Below are positions 13,871 to 26,099 of a stretch of DNA of 64,000 bases, piece by piece. The notes beneath the pieces were generated by a model that made no database searches, was not told the origin of the DNA, and saw nothing but the letters and a program-made list of their open reading frames with translations. Position 1 is the stretch's first letter. Every line of letters starts with the position of its first letter. The stretch lies in NCBI RefSeq assembly GCF_009914755.1, contig NC_060947.1, one strand, 5' to 3'. Position numbers and translations under genes: made by a program. Source of the DNA: the human T2T-CHM13v2.0 reference genome, Homo sapiens.

Positions 13871-14704
13871 AGGTCAGGGGTATCCACTAGAATGCACGGA
13901 AAAGGAATGACAACTTATAAGGAAACTGCCCAGAATTTCTGAGGGGTAACAAGTGCTTAAAAATGGTGTATAGTTGAACCAGGAGTACTAAGGAGCACTC
14001 TCAGGAGACAGACTCCAGAGAAAAGAGAGGGAGAATGGAGTAAAGGCAGAGGAGGAACCAGTGCTCTGTTTACATGCAGTATGGTGGCCATGATGACCTG
14101 ATTTCTTTTTCTATATAGTAGAGACTTAAGTTGTATATTAGGTTGAATGAATTTTATGCTATAACACATGCTGAGAAGGCTAATATGGAATATCTACTGT
14201 TTGCTTCCCCATGGAGTTTCTTGATTTGGGGATTGTTTTGATAGTCTGTCATCATGCCCAGAACTCAAATAATATTCACCAGTTAATCACGATTTCTCAA
14301 TCAGTACTGAAAATTCATGTTATTTAGCTAGAAGAAAAAGTGTTACAAGGATAATTCAGGAAGAATGAACAAGATGTGGGAAGGTGTAGAGGTTTGAAAA
14401 GGCATCATTCTTTTGGATAATTATAAATATTTCATTATGACTTGAATCAAAGAGGCATGTAAGAAACTGACGGGAGATGACAAGAAATGTAGCAATCACC
14501 AGATTATAAAGTGCTTGCAGTAACCAGCTCCCATCCCAGTGGCATTTAAAACACTTTCTGGAAGGACACTGATTAAGTCCATATGCAGTTTCTTGGCTTT
14601 ACTAAGTGAGGTAGCACATAGACAACATATATTAGAATGAAACAGATCTCTAGGGAAAAATAGCTATAACATAACTTTATCAGAAGAGAAAAAAATTTCA
14701 TCAA

Positions 14705-14952
14705 ATTTGATTTATGGTGTTCATGTCAAGCATTGTTCTAATTACTTCATAAATATTGGTTCATTTAATCCTCATAGCAATTCTCTGAAATAGGTTCCAA
14801 CATTATCCCTGTGTAACAAATCAGACAGTTGAGGCTCAGAGAAGGGACTTGATTTACCTAAGGTGGCACAGCTTGTAAGTAGTGGAACTAGGCTCTAACT
14901 CAAGCAGCCTGGTTCCAGAGTCTGTACACTTGACCATCATAATATGCTGCCT
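14705..14952 (-). mobile_element. MIR SINE, near full length
   Basis: tcatttaatcctcatagcaa...gaggctcagagaag...aaggtggcacagct...ctggttccagagtc. Confidence 0.85.
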
Positions 14953-15515
14953 TTTCATTGTCCGATTGATTTAGAAACTATGATATGCATACACATATTA
15001 GAAAAAGCACTCATGAATGTGGATTTCACTAAAAGGGTAATGGGGTATTGGGAACCCACTAAGTAGAGTCTCCTGTAGAGTATATTTGTTGGATAATCAC
15101 ACATATAGACATGATTGGATGTTCAAGCAATTTAAATTCCACACTATTCGGATTTAAAATACAAGGACAGTAAAAGGTTCATCAGCTTGAAATTACTTTT
15201 TAAATGATGTCAATGCATTTCGAGTCAATTTGAGAGGATTAAGGGATAATATGGATTTGCAAAATACTTTCAAATGCCAAGGAACTGTGAGGGCACTTGT
15301 AGGATTACACAGTATATTTAACAGATTTAAGTGTAGCTCTGAGTTTTAAATTCTTTGCTTTCACTTTTGAAACTAACTTTAAAGACTGAAATGGCGGCTA
15401 TACTAGGCACCAAAGCATAGGTTACAAGTCTGAACACTTACGGGTCTGAAGTAGTGATATTTTGAGCTATTTGTTACTGTTTACTGATTTGGGGTGTTTC
15501 CTTACGGTATCACAG

Positions 15516-15611
15516 GAAAGAAAGAGGACTGGAAGCCTGGAAACTCGGCAGAGCTCTGCTGCCCCAACCTCATTTCAAACAGAATGGCCATGTTGCTATG
15601 TCTTTTAGAGA
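15516..15611 (+). other. candidate exon C (96 nt)
   Basis: Branch-like tactgat ~28 nt upstream, acceptor tttccttacggtatcacag|, donor AGA|gtaagc; frame-preserving length. Confidence 0.4.
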
Positions 15612-15726
15612 GTAAGCGTTTGCATAGTCTAAACAATGGATTTCATGGCTTTAAAAGCTTTTAAACAACACTGAACATTATTTAATTGTTTTCATTCATT
15701 TCATTTAGTCAAGATTCACTAAGGTT

Positions 15727-16440
15727 ATACATTCACAACCATTACGATGGCTATTGTAAAAAACAAGTGAAATAAATTTTGGTGGAGATGTAGAGAAATA
15801 GAAAAACTTGTGCATTGTTGGTGGGAATGTAAAATTGTGCTGCCTTTATGGAGAATGGTATGAAAATTCCTCAGAAAATTAAACATAGAAATACCATCCG
15901 ATCCAGCAATTTCACTTCTGGGTATTTACCCAAAAGAAGTAAAAACAGGGACTAAACCAGGTATTTGTTCGACCATGTTCGTAGCAGCATGATTCATAGC
16001 ATCCAAAAGGCAGAAGCAATCCAAGTGTCTATCAATAAATTAATACAATAAAAAATTGTATATACAGACAAAGGAATATTTTTATCCTTAAAAAGGAAGT
16101 GAATTCTAACACAGGTGAAAATGTGGATGATCCTTGAGGACATTAGGCTAAGTGAAATAAGCCAGTAACAAAAGGAAAGATATTATATGATTCCACTTAT
16201 ATATGATACCTGGAGTAGTCAAATTCAGAAATAGATAGTAGATTGGTGGTTGCCAGGAGCTGAGGAGAGGCGAATGGGAAGTTGTTTAATGGGAAGGAAG
16301 TTTCAGTTTGGAAAGGTAAAAAGAGTTCTGGACATGAATGATGGTGATGGTTGCACAACAATGTACTTAACACTACTGAAATGTACGCCTAAAAATGGTT
16401 AAGATGGTAAATTTTACGTATATTTTACTACAATGAAAAA
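15727..16440 (+). mobile_element. L1MB 3' fragment
   Basis: gatccagcaatttcacttctgggtatttacccaaaag; 3' end aaaatggttaagatggtaaatttta. Confidence 0.85.
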
Positions 16441-16448
16441 TTTGTTTA

Positions 16449-16743
<295 letters not shown>

Positions 16744-16815
16744 TTAATAAAAACCCAGCATGGTATGATTTAAACTTGCAGATTAAAGATGAAGAGTTTT
16801 ACCAAAGACTAGTAA

Positions 16816-17167
<352 letters not shown>

Positions 17168-18459
17168 CTAAAGGATATTTTTTAGAAAGTGCTTGCTCTG
17201 GATTAAGAATTTTGCAGTTTGCTTAATAAACAAAATATTAGTAAACATTAAGGAAATTAGAAGAAAAGCTCACTAAAGTTATATATCTATATAGCAAACC
17301 GATTCGACCAATCTAAAATAATTGGTCCTTAATTACTCTTTAGGCAGTTAGCACTAAATTATTAATGGATCATGTGGCTGACTACACCGTTCTAACACGC
17401 CAATTAGTTTATACAAAATAGTTAAACTAGCAGGCAGCTATGCTTAGATGTAGCTTAAATGATTCCTGATACGCTAAAACTGTTCTTGCTTTACTCTGCC
17501 TTCAGCAGGTTAAATCTTTTAGGCTTGTATTGTTCAAACCTAAGGGACTGTTTCAGACCCCAAGACTGACTATTACTGAAACATTATTTCATTAAGAACA
17601 TTACAAAGAGATGGCTTCAAGCTGTTGATATTATCAGCCCAATTTGGAAAGGTTTAGACTTGGAAATCAAAATATTATGAGTCATCCAATGTTACACTGC
17701 AAGCTGTTTGCAAATCTGGAAATAAAAAACAGACCTTTTAAAGATTAGAATTATTTTTCCAATGGTTGAATGAGACCCATGTTACATTCTACCAACTAGA
17801 GCAACTTAGATTGTGAATTGCATTACATTTCTGAAATAAAAAATAGACTCTGAGAAATGAATTTTCTTAATGACATTTTAATGAAATATCGAGGAAGGTT
17901 AGGATGTACCAAACCTTGTCCTACTTGTATAAGTTCTCTCCTGCTTTCTGAAAGCCAACTATAATTGAGGTGGAAAGGTCTGTTAGAACTCTTTCATTTC
18001 CATACTATAAAAGAGCTTTAGCAGAAAATTTCCAATCCAGAAAGGAGTTATTAAACCTGAATTAAGATTCAATTACTCCTTGGTAGGTACTACAAGTAGG
18101 GGTCTCCATAGCAAAGCCTTTTTTTCTTTGTAGCCAAACAACTATGTATATTTTGTGAGTTAAATTTTGAAATTGGTTTTATTCCTAATGACTTTCAATT
18201 ATTTTAAAATATTTAATTTGAATTTTAAAACTATATTCCATTTTGTCTCCACATGTATTAACTTTCCCATTTCACTTGGAAACGGAAGGACAAGGTGATT
18301 GAGTAAAATAGAAAAATACTATATTTTCCCACTTTTGCTTTGGGTATATTATGGGAGGTAAGGGCTATGATTTGGAGACCAAATACCTAAATCAACCATA
18401 AATTTTCAGCTGCCCTCTTGATAAAGAGGTTTTTGATTCTGCTGCTGTTCTTTTATTGT

Positions 18460-19290
18460 TCTTTAAATTAAATGTATTTTAAAATTAACATTCTCGTGAT
18501 TCAAAATTCAAAGTGGGCCAGGTGTGGTGGCTCATGCCTGTAATCGTAACCCTTTATGGGGCCAAGGAGGGAGGATTGCCTGAGGCCAGGAGTTCAAGAC
18601 CATCCTGGACAACAAAGTGAGACCCCCGCCTCTACAAAAGGCAAAAAAAAAAAAAAAAATTAACAGCGTGGTGGTTTGTGTCTGCAGTACCAGCTACACA
18701 AGAGGCTGAGGTGGGAGGGATTGTTTGATCCTCAGAGGCAGAAGTTGCAGTAAGAAAAAAAAAAAATCAAAATGTACAAAAGGGTAAAAAATAAAAAAAA
18801 AGGTCTTACTTCTGTCCCCTAAGCACTTAGCTCCATTTCATAGAACCTATTATAAGGTTCCCATTTTACTTCCAGAAAAATTGTATGTATATATATGTGT
18901 ACGCATATACAAACACACATACAAGTTACAAGTAAATATAATTATCTTTTGTTTTCACTTTTAAAGCACTGCTCGAGTACTATACATTCATTTATTCACC
19001 TCACTTTTTGGTACTTTACAATATATCTTGAAGATTGTCCCATGTATATATTTATTTATATATTAATAATGTATTGCTTTTGTTTCTTTGATCGTTTGAG
19101 CTACATAGCATTCCACTTTATGACTGTATCATAATTCATTTTAACCCATTCCCTATAGACAGCATTTAGGTTGTTCAGATTTCTTGTCATTACAAACAAT
19201 TTTCAGTAAACAATTTGTGCATATATCATTTTTCCTATATGCAAATGTATCCGCAAGATAAATTCCAAGGATAGAAATGCTGTGAAATTG
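18460..19290 (-). mobile_element. L1ME4-like 3' fragment hosting an Alu
   Basis: cattccctatagacagcatttaggttgttcag...attacaaacaat; aagataaattccaaggatagaaatgctg. Confidence 0.65.
18516..18766 (+). mobile_element. AluJ lacking ~50 nt of the right-arm 3' end
   Basis: Ends gttgcagtaag then an A run; flanks aaaattcaaagtg / aaaatcaaaatg. Confidence 0.9.
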
Positions 19291-19299
19291 TTGACCCTC

Positions 19300-20600
19300 C
19301 AATACTAATGATAGATTTTTTTTATGCCTTCTTGAGTAGATTTTGGTACATTACATTTTTCTAAAATATTATGCATTTCATTGTAATAAATTTGTTTGGA
19401 TAAACTTGAATAAAGGAGTCTTACTATTCTTTTAGATGTCTCCATCTATGGTTATTTTAATATTCTTCCCTTTAAGAAACACCCTCATGTTTTATTTTGA
19501 TTAGAGTAGCTTAAGCATTTATGGCTTTTATGGTTTTATTTAAAGGATCAACTATTTTAATAAAATTCATTAATATTTATCATTTTAATTTCAGACTTCT
19601 GATTTCCTTTGGCTTATTTTCTGTTTGTTTTTTTTCCCCCTAACTTTTTAAGCTTGATGATCATATATTTAAATTTGCTTGCTAGTATAAGTATGTAAGT
19701 CTGTGAAATATAAGTATGTAAGTCTGCTGTAGAAGCATCACAGGGTTCTAATAAGTAGTGTTTTAGCTCTCATTATTTGTTAGGTATTCTACAATTTAAG
19801 GTTTTATTTTCTCTCGGATTTGTTTGACAGAAAGCATCTAAAACACATTTTTTGTTTGTTTCTGGTTTTGTCATTAACTTTTACTTTAATTGAGTTATGA
19901 TTAATGAATACTATTCACATTGTTTTACTTTTCTTATATTTTGAAAAACAATTTTTCTTCTAGCAAAATATACAGTCACGTTTCGGGGAAAATGTTTCAA
20001 ATGTTTCTTAATAGAAAATGAATTCTGTATTCAAGGTATAGGATATGATACATATCCAATAACTTCACCTTCCTAATTGTGTTATCTGTCCACTTGGCCT
20101 AACACAAAATGAGTGCATGAATAAAACTACTGCCAATAATCATTTCTGTCTACTTTAAAAATTTATACGTTATTGTTTTGACTCTATAATAATGTTGAGC
20201 CATGTTATTTGGTGCAACATTTAAAACTGTAAAGTGTTAGTTGTAACATTTATAATAGTTACAACTTCATTGTGAATTTTAATGTTTAGCATTATACAAT
20301 AGTACTTTTTTGTTCTTTCATTTAGAGCTTTTACATCATATTCATCCTTGTCTGATATTAAGGTTATGATATCTGCTATTCTTTGCACATTCTTTTGTTT
20401 TCGTATTCAGTCTTTCTAAATCACTTCGTTGTAGGTATCTTTTTTCCACAGCAATTATTTTGTGATCCATTTAACCTTTTTTTAGTGAGTGTGTTGAGTT
20501 CAGTTACTTTCGTCAAAATTTTATGTTATGTTTTCTCTTTGTATGCCTTTAAAAAAATATTTATTAACTGAATTATTTCTTTGCTTTGTTTTCTGTGTTT
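19300..20600 (-). mobile_element. highly decayed L1 ORF2 fragments
   Basis: T-rich antisense L1-like tracts (ttgtctgatattaaggttatgatatctgctattc). Confidence 0.45.
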
Positions 20601-20711
20601 CTTCAGATATTTAGAAAAGTTTGCTTTTATAGATTAATATGTAATAATATTTTATTCACTTACCATGAATATTTTAATTATAATTCTCCATTTTTATATT
20701 ATTTTTATGAA

Positions 20712-23640
20712 CATATTAATTAGGGTTGGTCAGTAAAGCAGAAGCCATTCTAGGAATTTTTTAAAATTTATTTTAATTTTAATTTTATTTTTTATTGACA
20801 TAATATTTGTACATATTTATTGGGTACATTAAATATTTTTAAGTGCATAGGATGTATAATAATCAAATCAGGTTATTTTGTGTATCCATCTCCTTGACTA
20901 CTTATTTCTATATGTTGGGAGCATATCAAGTCCTGTCTTCTAGCCATTTTGAAATATACACTACATTGTTGCTAATTATAGTCACGCTACTGAGCTATTT
21001 AACTCTAGAACTTATTTTTTCTATCTAACTGTATGTTTTTACCCATTAACCAACCTCTCTTTATTCTCCTGGAACCCTCACTCACACATACTTCCCAGCC
21101 TCTGATATCTATCATTCTACTCTCATCTCCATGAGATTTACTTCTATAGCTTCTATATATGAGTGAGAAGATGTGATGTTTGTCTTCCTGTGCCTGGCTT
21201 ACTTCACTTCATATAATGACCTTCAGTTCCATCCATGTTGCTGCAAATGACATTATTTCATTTTTTATGGCTGAATAGTACTCCATCATGTGCATATACC
21301 AGATGTTCTTTATCCATTCATCCATTGATGTACACTTAGGTTGATTTTATATCTTGGTTATTGCGAATAGTGCCACAATAAACATGGATGTATAGGTATC
21401 CCTTTGATATACTGATTTCCTTTGCTTTGGATAAATAACTAGTAGTGGAATTACTGGATTGTATCATAATTCTATGTTTAATTTTTTTTAAAGAAAATCT
21501 CCATACTGTTTTCCACAGTGGCTGTACTTATTTACATTCCCACCAACAGTGTACCAGAGTTGCCTTTTCTCTGCATCTTTGGCAGTATCTGTTATTTTTT
21601 TCTTTTTAATAATAGCCATTCTAACTGGGGTAAGATGATAAATCATTATAGTTTTGATTTGCATTTCTCTAACCATTAGTGATGTTGAACATTAAAAAAA
21701 ATGCCTGTTGGCCATTTATATGTCTTCTTTTGAAAAATGTCTATTCATGTCTCTTGCCCACTTTTAAATTGGATTATTTACTACTGAGTTGAGTTTCTTG
21801 TATAGTCTGGATATTAGTCCTTTTATGGATGAATAGTTTGCAAATATTTTCTCCCATTCAAGAGGTTATTTCTTCACTCTGTTGATTGTTTCCTTTGCTG
21901 TGCGGAAGCTTTTTAGCTTTTGCCCCATTTGTCTATTTTTTATTTGCCTGTGCTTTTGAGGTCTTAGCCATAAATTCTTTGCCTAAATCAATGCCCTGAA
22001 TGTTTTGCTTGTTTTCTTCTAGCAACTGTAGAGCTTTAGGTCTTAGATTTAAGACCTTAATCCATCTTGAGTTTATTTTTTTAATATGGTGAGAGACAGG
22101 GGTCCAATTTCATTCTTCTGCATACAGATATCTAGTTTTCCCAGCACCATTTATTGAAGAGGGTGTACTTTCCCCAGTGTATGTTCTTGGCACTTTTATC
22201 AAAAAAGAGTTGGTGATCCCCAGGCCCCCAAGATGATGTGCTTGGGCACTGCAGGGGTGAGGCAAACTTGAGCTGGTGGAGCTTGTCCTCAGACCCCCTG
22301 TTGATGTGTGCAAATGTTGGCTGTGGTAGGCAGGGGTGGGGTGATCACCAGGTCCCCAGTGAAATGCTCAGGTGGAGGCAGCAGCAGCTGCACTATGGCC
22401 CTGCTCCTTGGGAGTGTGGTGTTGCTTTCAGTGGCAGCAGCCACAGGCAGGTGGCTGGAAAGCGTGTACTTTGGCTCTAGGTGGCGCTGTGGGTGAGTAG
22501 CCTGACCTCAGGGCGCCTGTAAATGCACAGCAGCCCCATTGCTGGGGGCAAAGAGATAACTGCCAATGGCTTGCACTTCAGCCTAGGCTGCAGCAGTTGG
22601 CAGCGGCCGTGGCTGTGGCTGAGGGATGTCAGTGGGGCTCCAGGGATGTGGAGACACAGGGATTGTTGAACCCCAAGGCTGGATGCAGCCTGGTGAGGCT
22701 GGACTCTTAAAATGGTGCTGTGCTGTAACTGCTGAGGACTCACGGGGTGTGTGAGATCCAGCATGAGCTCCCCTCTCTGGAGCAATGCCATCTCATAGTC
22801 TCCAGGCAGCTTCCTGTGTTAGTCTCAGGGCCTGGGACGGTCAAGCGGCTCTCCTATGCCTAGGATTGCAGGAGTCTACCGTGGGAATGTGAACCACTGG
22901 GGGTCTCTCTCAGTTACCCTTTGCCCTGCATTGGGAAACCTCTCCAGGCTCTCAGCTGATTCTGGCTGTGCAAGTTGCTTCGCTTCCCTCTCCTTCCTTG
23001 TCTTAGATGTTTCCTGTCATTTATCTGTTGTATTCCAATGTTCTGTCTTCATGATCTATTCAAAGTGTGATTATCTACTCACTATTTTGGTTCCTCTTTG
23101 TGGAGGAGGCAAGTACCTGATGCCTCTAGTCAGCCATTTTGAAGCCCCTCTTCTCCCAGAAGTCCTTTCTAGGAATCCGGTAGGAAAGAATTTAATACAA
23201 GGATTTAGAGGTTCACAAGCCTTTGTCAGAGCTGTGGAAATGAAGTTCAGGGAAGCTTCTGCTGCAGTTTATAAAATCAAGAAGTGGCAGGATTATAGGA
23301 AAGTCCATATGACCATCTCACTTGCCTGAAGTACTGAAAAAAGTGATTCATAGGAATTTATCCTATGAACCTAAAATAAACATGAATCTCAAAGAAAGCC
23401 ACCATCACTAATCTCAGCTGCTAATAGTTTTAAGAGTGAAAGTTACCTCAAGCCACTGCAAAACTTTTATCTATTATCTGTTCATGCAGCTGCTCAACAA
23501 TTGTCATCCGTTGTTCAGAGTTGCCAACTGGCTCTTTTGTTTTATCTTCATGATCTCACACAAGTGCCTGTTTTTTGAAAGACTTTAATTTGGAATCACA
23601 CAAGGAAAGGGTTTCTGGGAAATGTAGTTTCAGATTTCTT
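20712..23640. mobile_element. ancient LTR (ERVL-like) split by an L1 insertion; pieces ~20712-20757 and ~23157-23640
   Basis: ttagggttggtcagtaaagcagaagccattctagg continues after the L1 as gaatttaatacaagg...; ends near ggaaagggtttctgggaaatgtagtt. Confidence 0.45.
20758..23156 (-). mobile_element. L1MA/L1M1-type element with both termini and a large internal deletion
   Basis: Tail, 3'UTR and late ORF2 at 20758-22213; GC-rich 5'UTR at 22214-23150 starting (sense) gaggggcttcaaaatggctgactagagg; TSD cagaagccattctaggaat / cagaagtcctttctaggaat. Confidence 0.85.
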
Positions 23641-23839
23641 CTATTCAATGAGGAGGAAACTGTAGGAGAGGATGGCAGTAATAATAAGCAGACAGAACAA
23701 TAAAAATAAAACTACAAAATTATATTAAAATCCTTCTTTGTTGGAGCACCACAGTGGTTTTATTTTTCACTGACCAGCCCTGATGGATATACTTTTGATA
23801 GGGAGACAATATTATTATTATTAAATTAGCATCATAAAC

Positions 23840-24066
23840 AATATAATAAACTGATAAGTCAGCTTATGTGCTTTGCATATAGATATTTAATCCTCATAAC
23901 AACTCTATAAAAGTGAGTGGAAATATTACACTAAATGTTTATGCTGGAGACCCAAGGCAGAAAAGGTTAAGCAAATTGCTCAAGGTTTTGCAGCTAGATA
24001 ACTAGTGGAGTCAGGATTTAAACACAGGTAGTCTGACTCCAGAATCTTTGATCTTAAACACTGTAC
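23840..24066 (-). mobile_element. MIR SINE
   Basis: atttaatcctcataacaactcta...aaggttaagcaaattgctcaagg...gtctgactccaga. Confidence 0.8.
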
Positions 24067-24819
24067 TTTTGTATCTATTGTATCTCCCTTTCCTTCCTTC
24101 ATCTTGCCTTTTATCCATCATCTAATTACAACTAATTATGTCATCGTTCTTAGTGTTTGACTTCATACTGCTAAATAATAGTATGCCTCTATTACTTTAT
24201 ATATTAACTTTAATGTTATTTTTGCCCTGAATATTAAAAATAAAGGAAAAAGTACACAAAGATGAATCCCCACCTCTTCACTTCCTATCAAATTTCATTC
24301 CCAAAAATTATTACCTTTACATCCCATTCTGGTACCATAACCCCCACAGTTGTTTTAATTTTAGTCCCATGGGGTCAATACTGAAGAGTCATTTTGATAA
24401 ATTTTTCCCAGTTATTTCTTCATTGATTAAATTATTGGAACTGTCTTTATTTCCTTGAAGATTTTATGAAGATTTTCTTCTAGAATTGGCTGTGGTTGTG
24501 GAGTAATATGAAGCCAGTCTAATTATTTTCTCCATACCAATTACTTGATATTTCTGACTGAATATCCAAAGGGCTCTTCATCTTTGAGATTCAAGTATTT
24601 ACTATGATATACCTCAGTGTTCACCATTCAGGGTCAATTTTCCAGGAGATGTAGTGTATACTTTCAATATGTGGATTCTAGTTTTAGCTTTATTTCTGGA
24701 AAGGCTTTTTTTTTTGTTTATACCATAACTTGTTCCTTCTCTTTTCTTACTTAAAAAAATCCTATTGAGAAATTTCAACTGGATATACATTGGAATTTTT
24801 CTTTCTTCTATGTCATTTA

Positions 24820-25239
<420 letters not shown>

Positions 25240-26099
25240 TCACTAAGTTTATCGTAATATCTATTTTTCCTTGTGCTAGTTCTAATTTTGCCTTCATTTC
25301 TGTGTTGTGTTTTCTTTGATTTTTTTCTGAAATGTTCAAGCTTGTCATATCTCCATCTGTTGTCTCTTAAGATATTATGATAGCTCTTGCATCTCTATGC
25401 TCTTCTAGAGAGGATATTGCTTTGATGATTAAAAAAATTATGGTAAAATATTTTGCCATAGTTTTCATCTCTAATATTGCAACATTGTTCTGGTAAATTT
25501 AGAAAAAATTGCCACGTGGTTTTTCTGTCTCTATTTCCCATATTTCTGGAAGTATAATTGTATAGATCCTGTTTCTGTGATTTTTTTTTGTTCTTATCTT
25601 TGAATCAGATGAATTTTTTTTCAGGCATGCTATTTGTAGAAAGTTATTGTCTTAGAGAGGACTGGACTCTATTCTAAGGTACAGGTACCTTTATTTGTGC
25701 CTGAGGATTTTCTTTTGTGATTGTTCTTTTAACTTTTATTTTTTCCGAGTTGAAGGAAATAGACAGCTGTAGATGGTTCACAATACCAATCACAATGCGA
25801 TAAATACAAGTTGCTTCCTGGAAATACGAATCGTCTGTGGGATTCCATGTTCACTATTACCTCTTTTGTTTCTAAGAAGAAAACCAGAGCTGCAGAAACT
25901 CACACTGTCAGTGCATGCATACTTTTCCTGCTGTTGAAACTGAGAAGCTGTCATTTCACACATCAACATGCTCACCTTACATTATGAAATTGAAATTTTC
26001 TGGCTCTTTGTGAGATTTGCTGTCATATGTTTCTCCTTTCAGTTTCTTTTTGCATCCATGCTTGATTTTAAAAGAAAACATAGTGGCATTTTCCTAGTT

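Noticed and set aside
22238-23329. GC-rich patch with several ORFs, resembling a promoter or exon
   Set aside because: It is the 5'UTR of the minus-strand L1MA element and is CpG-poor.
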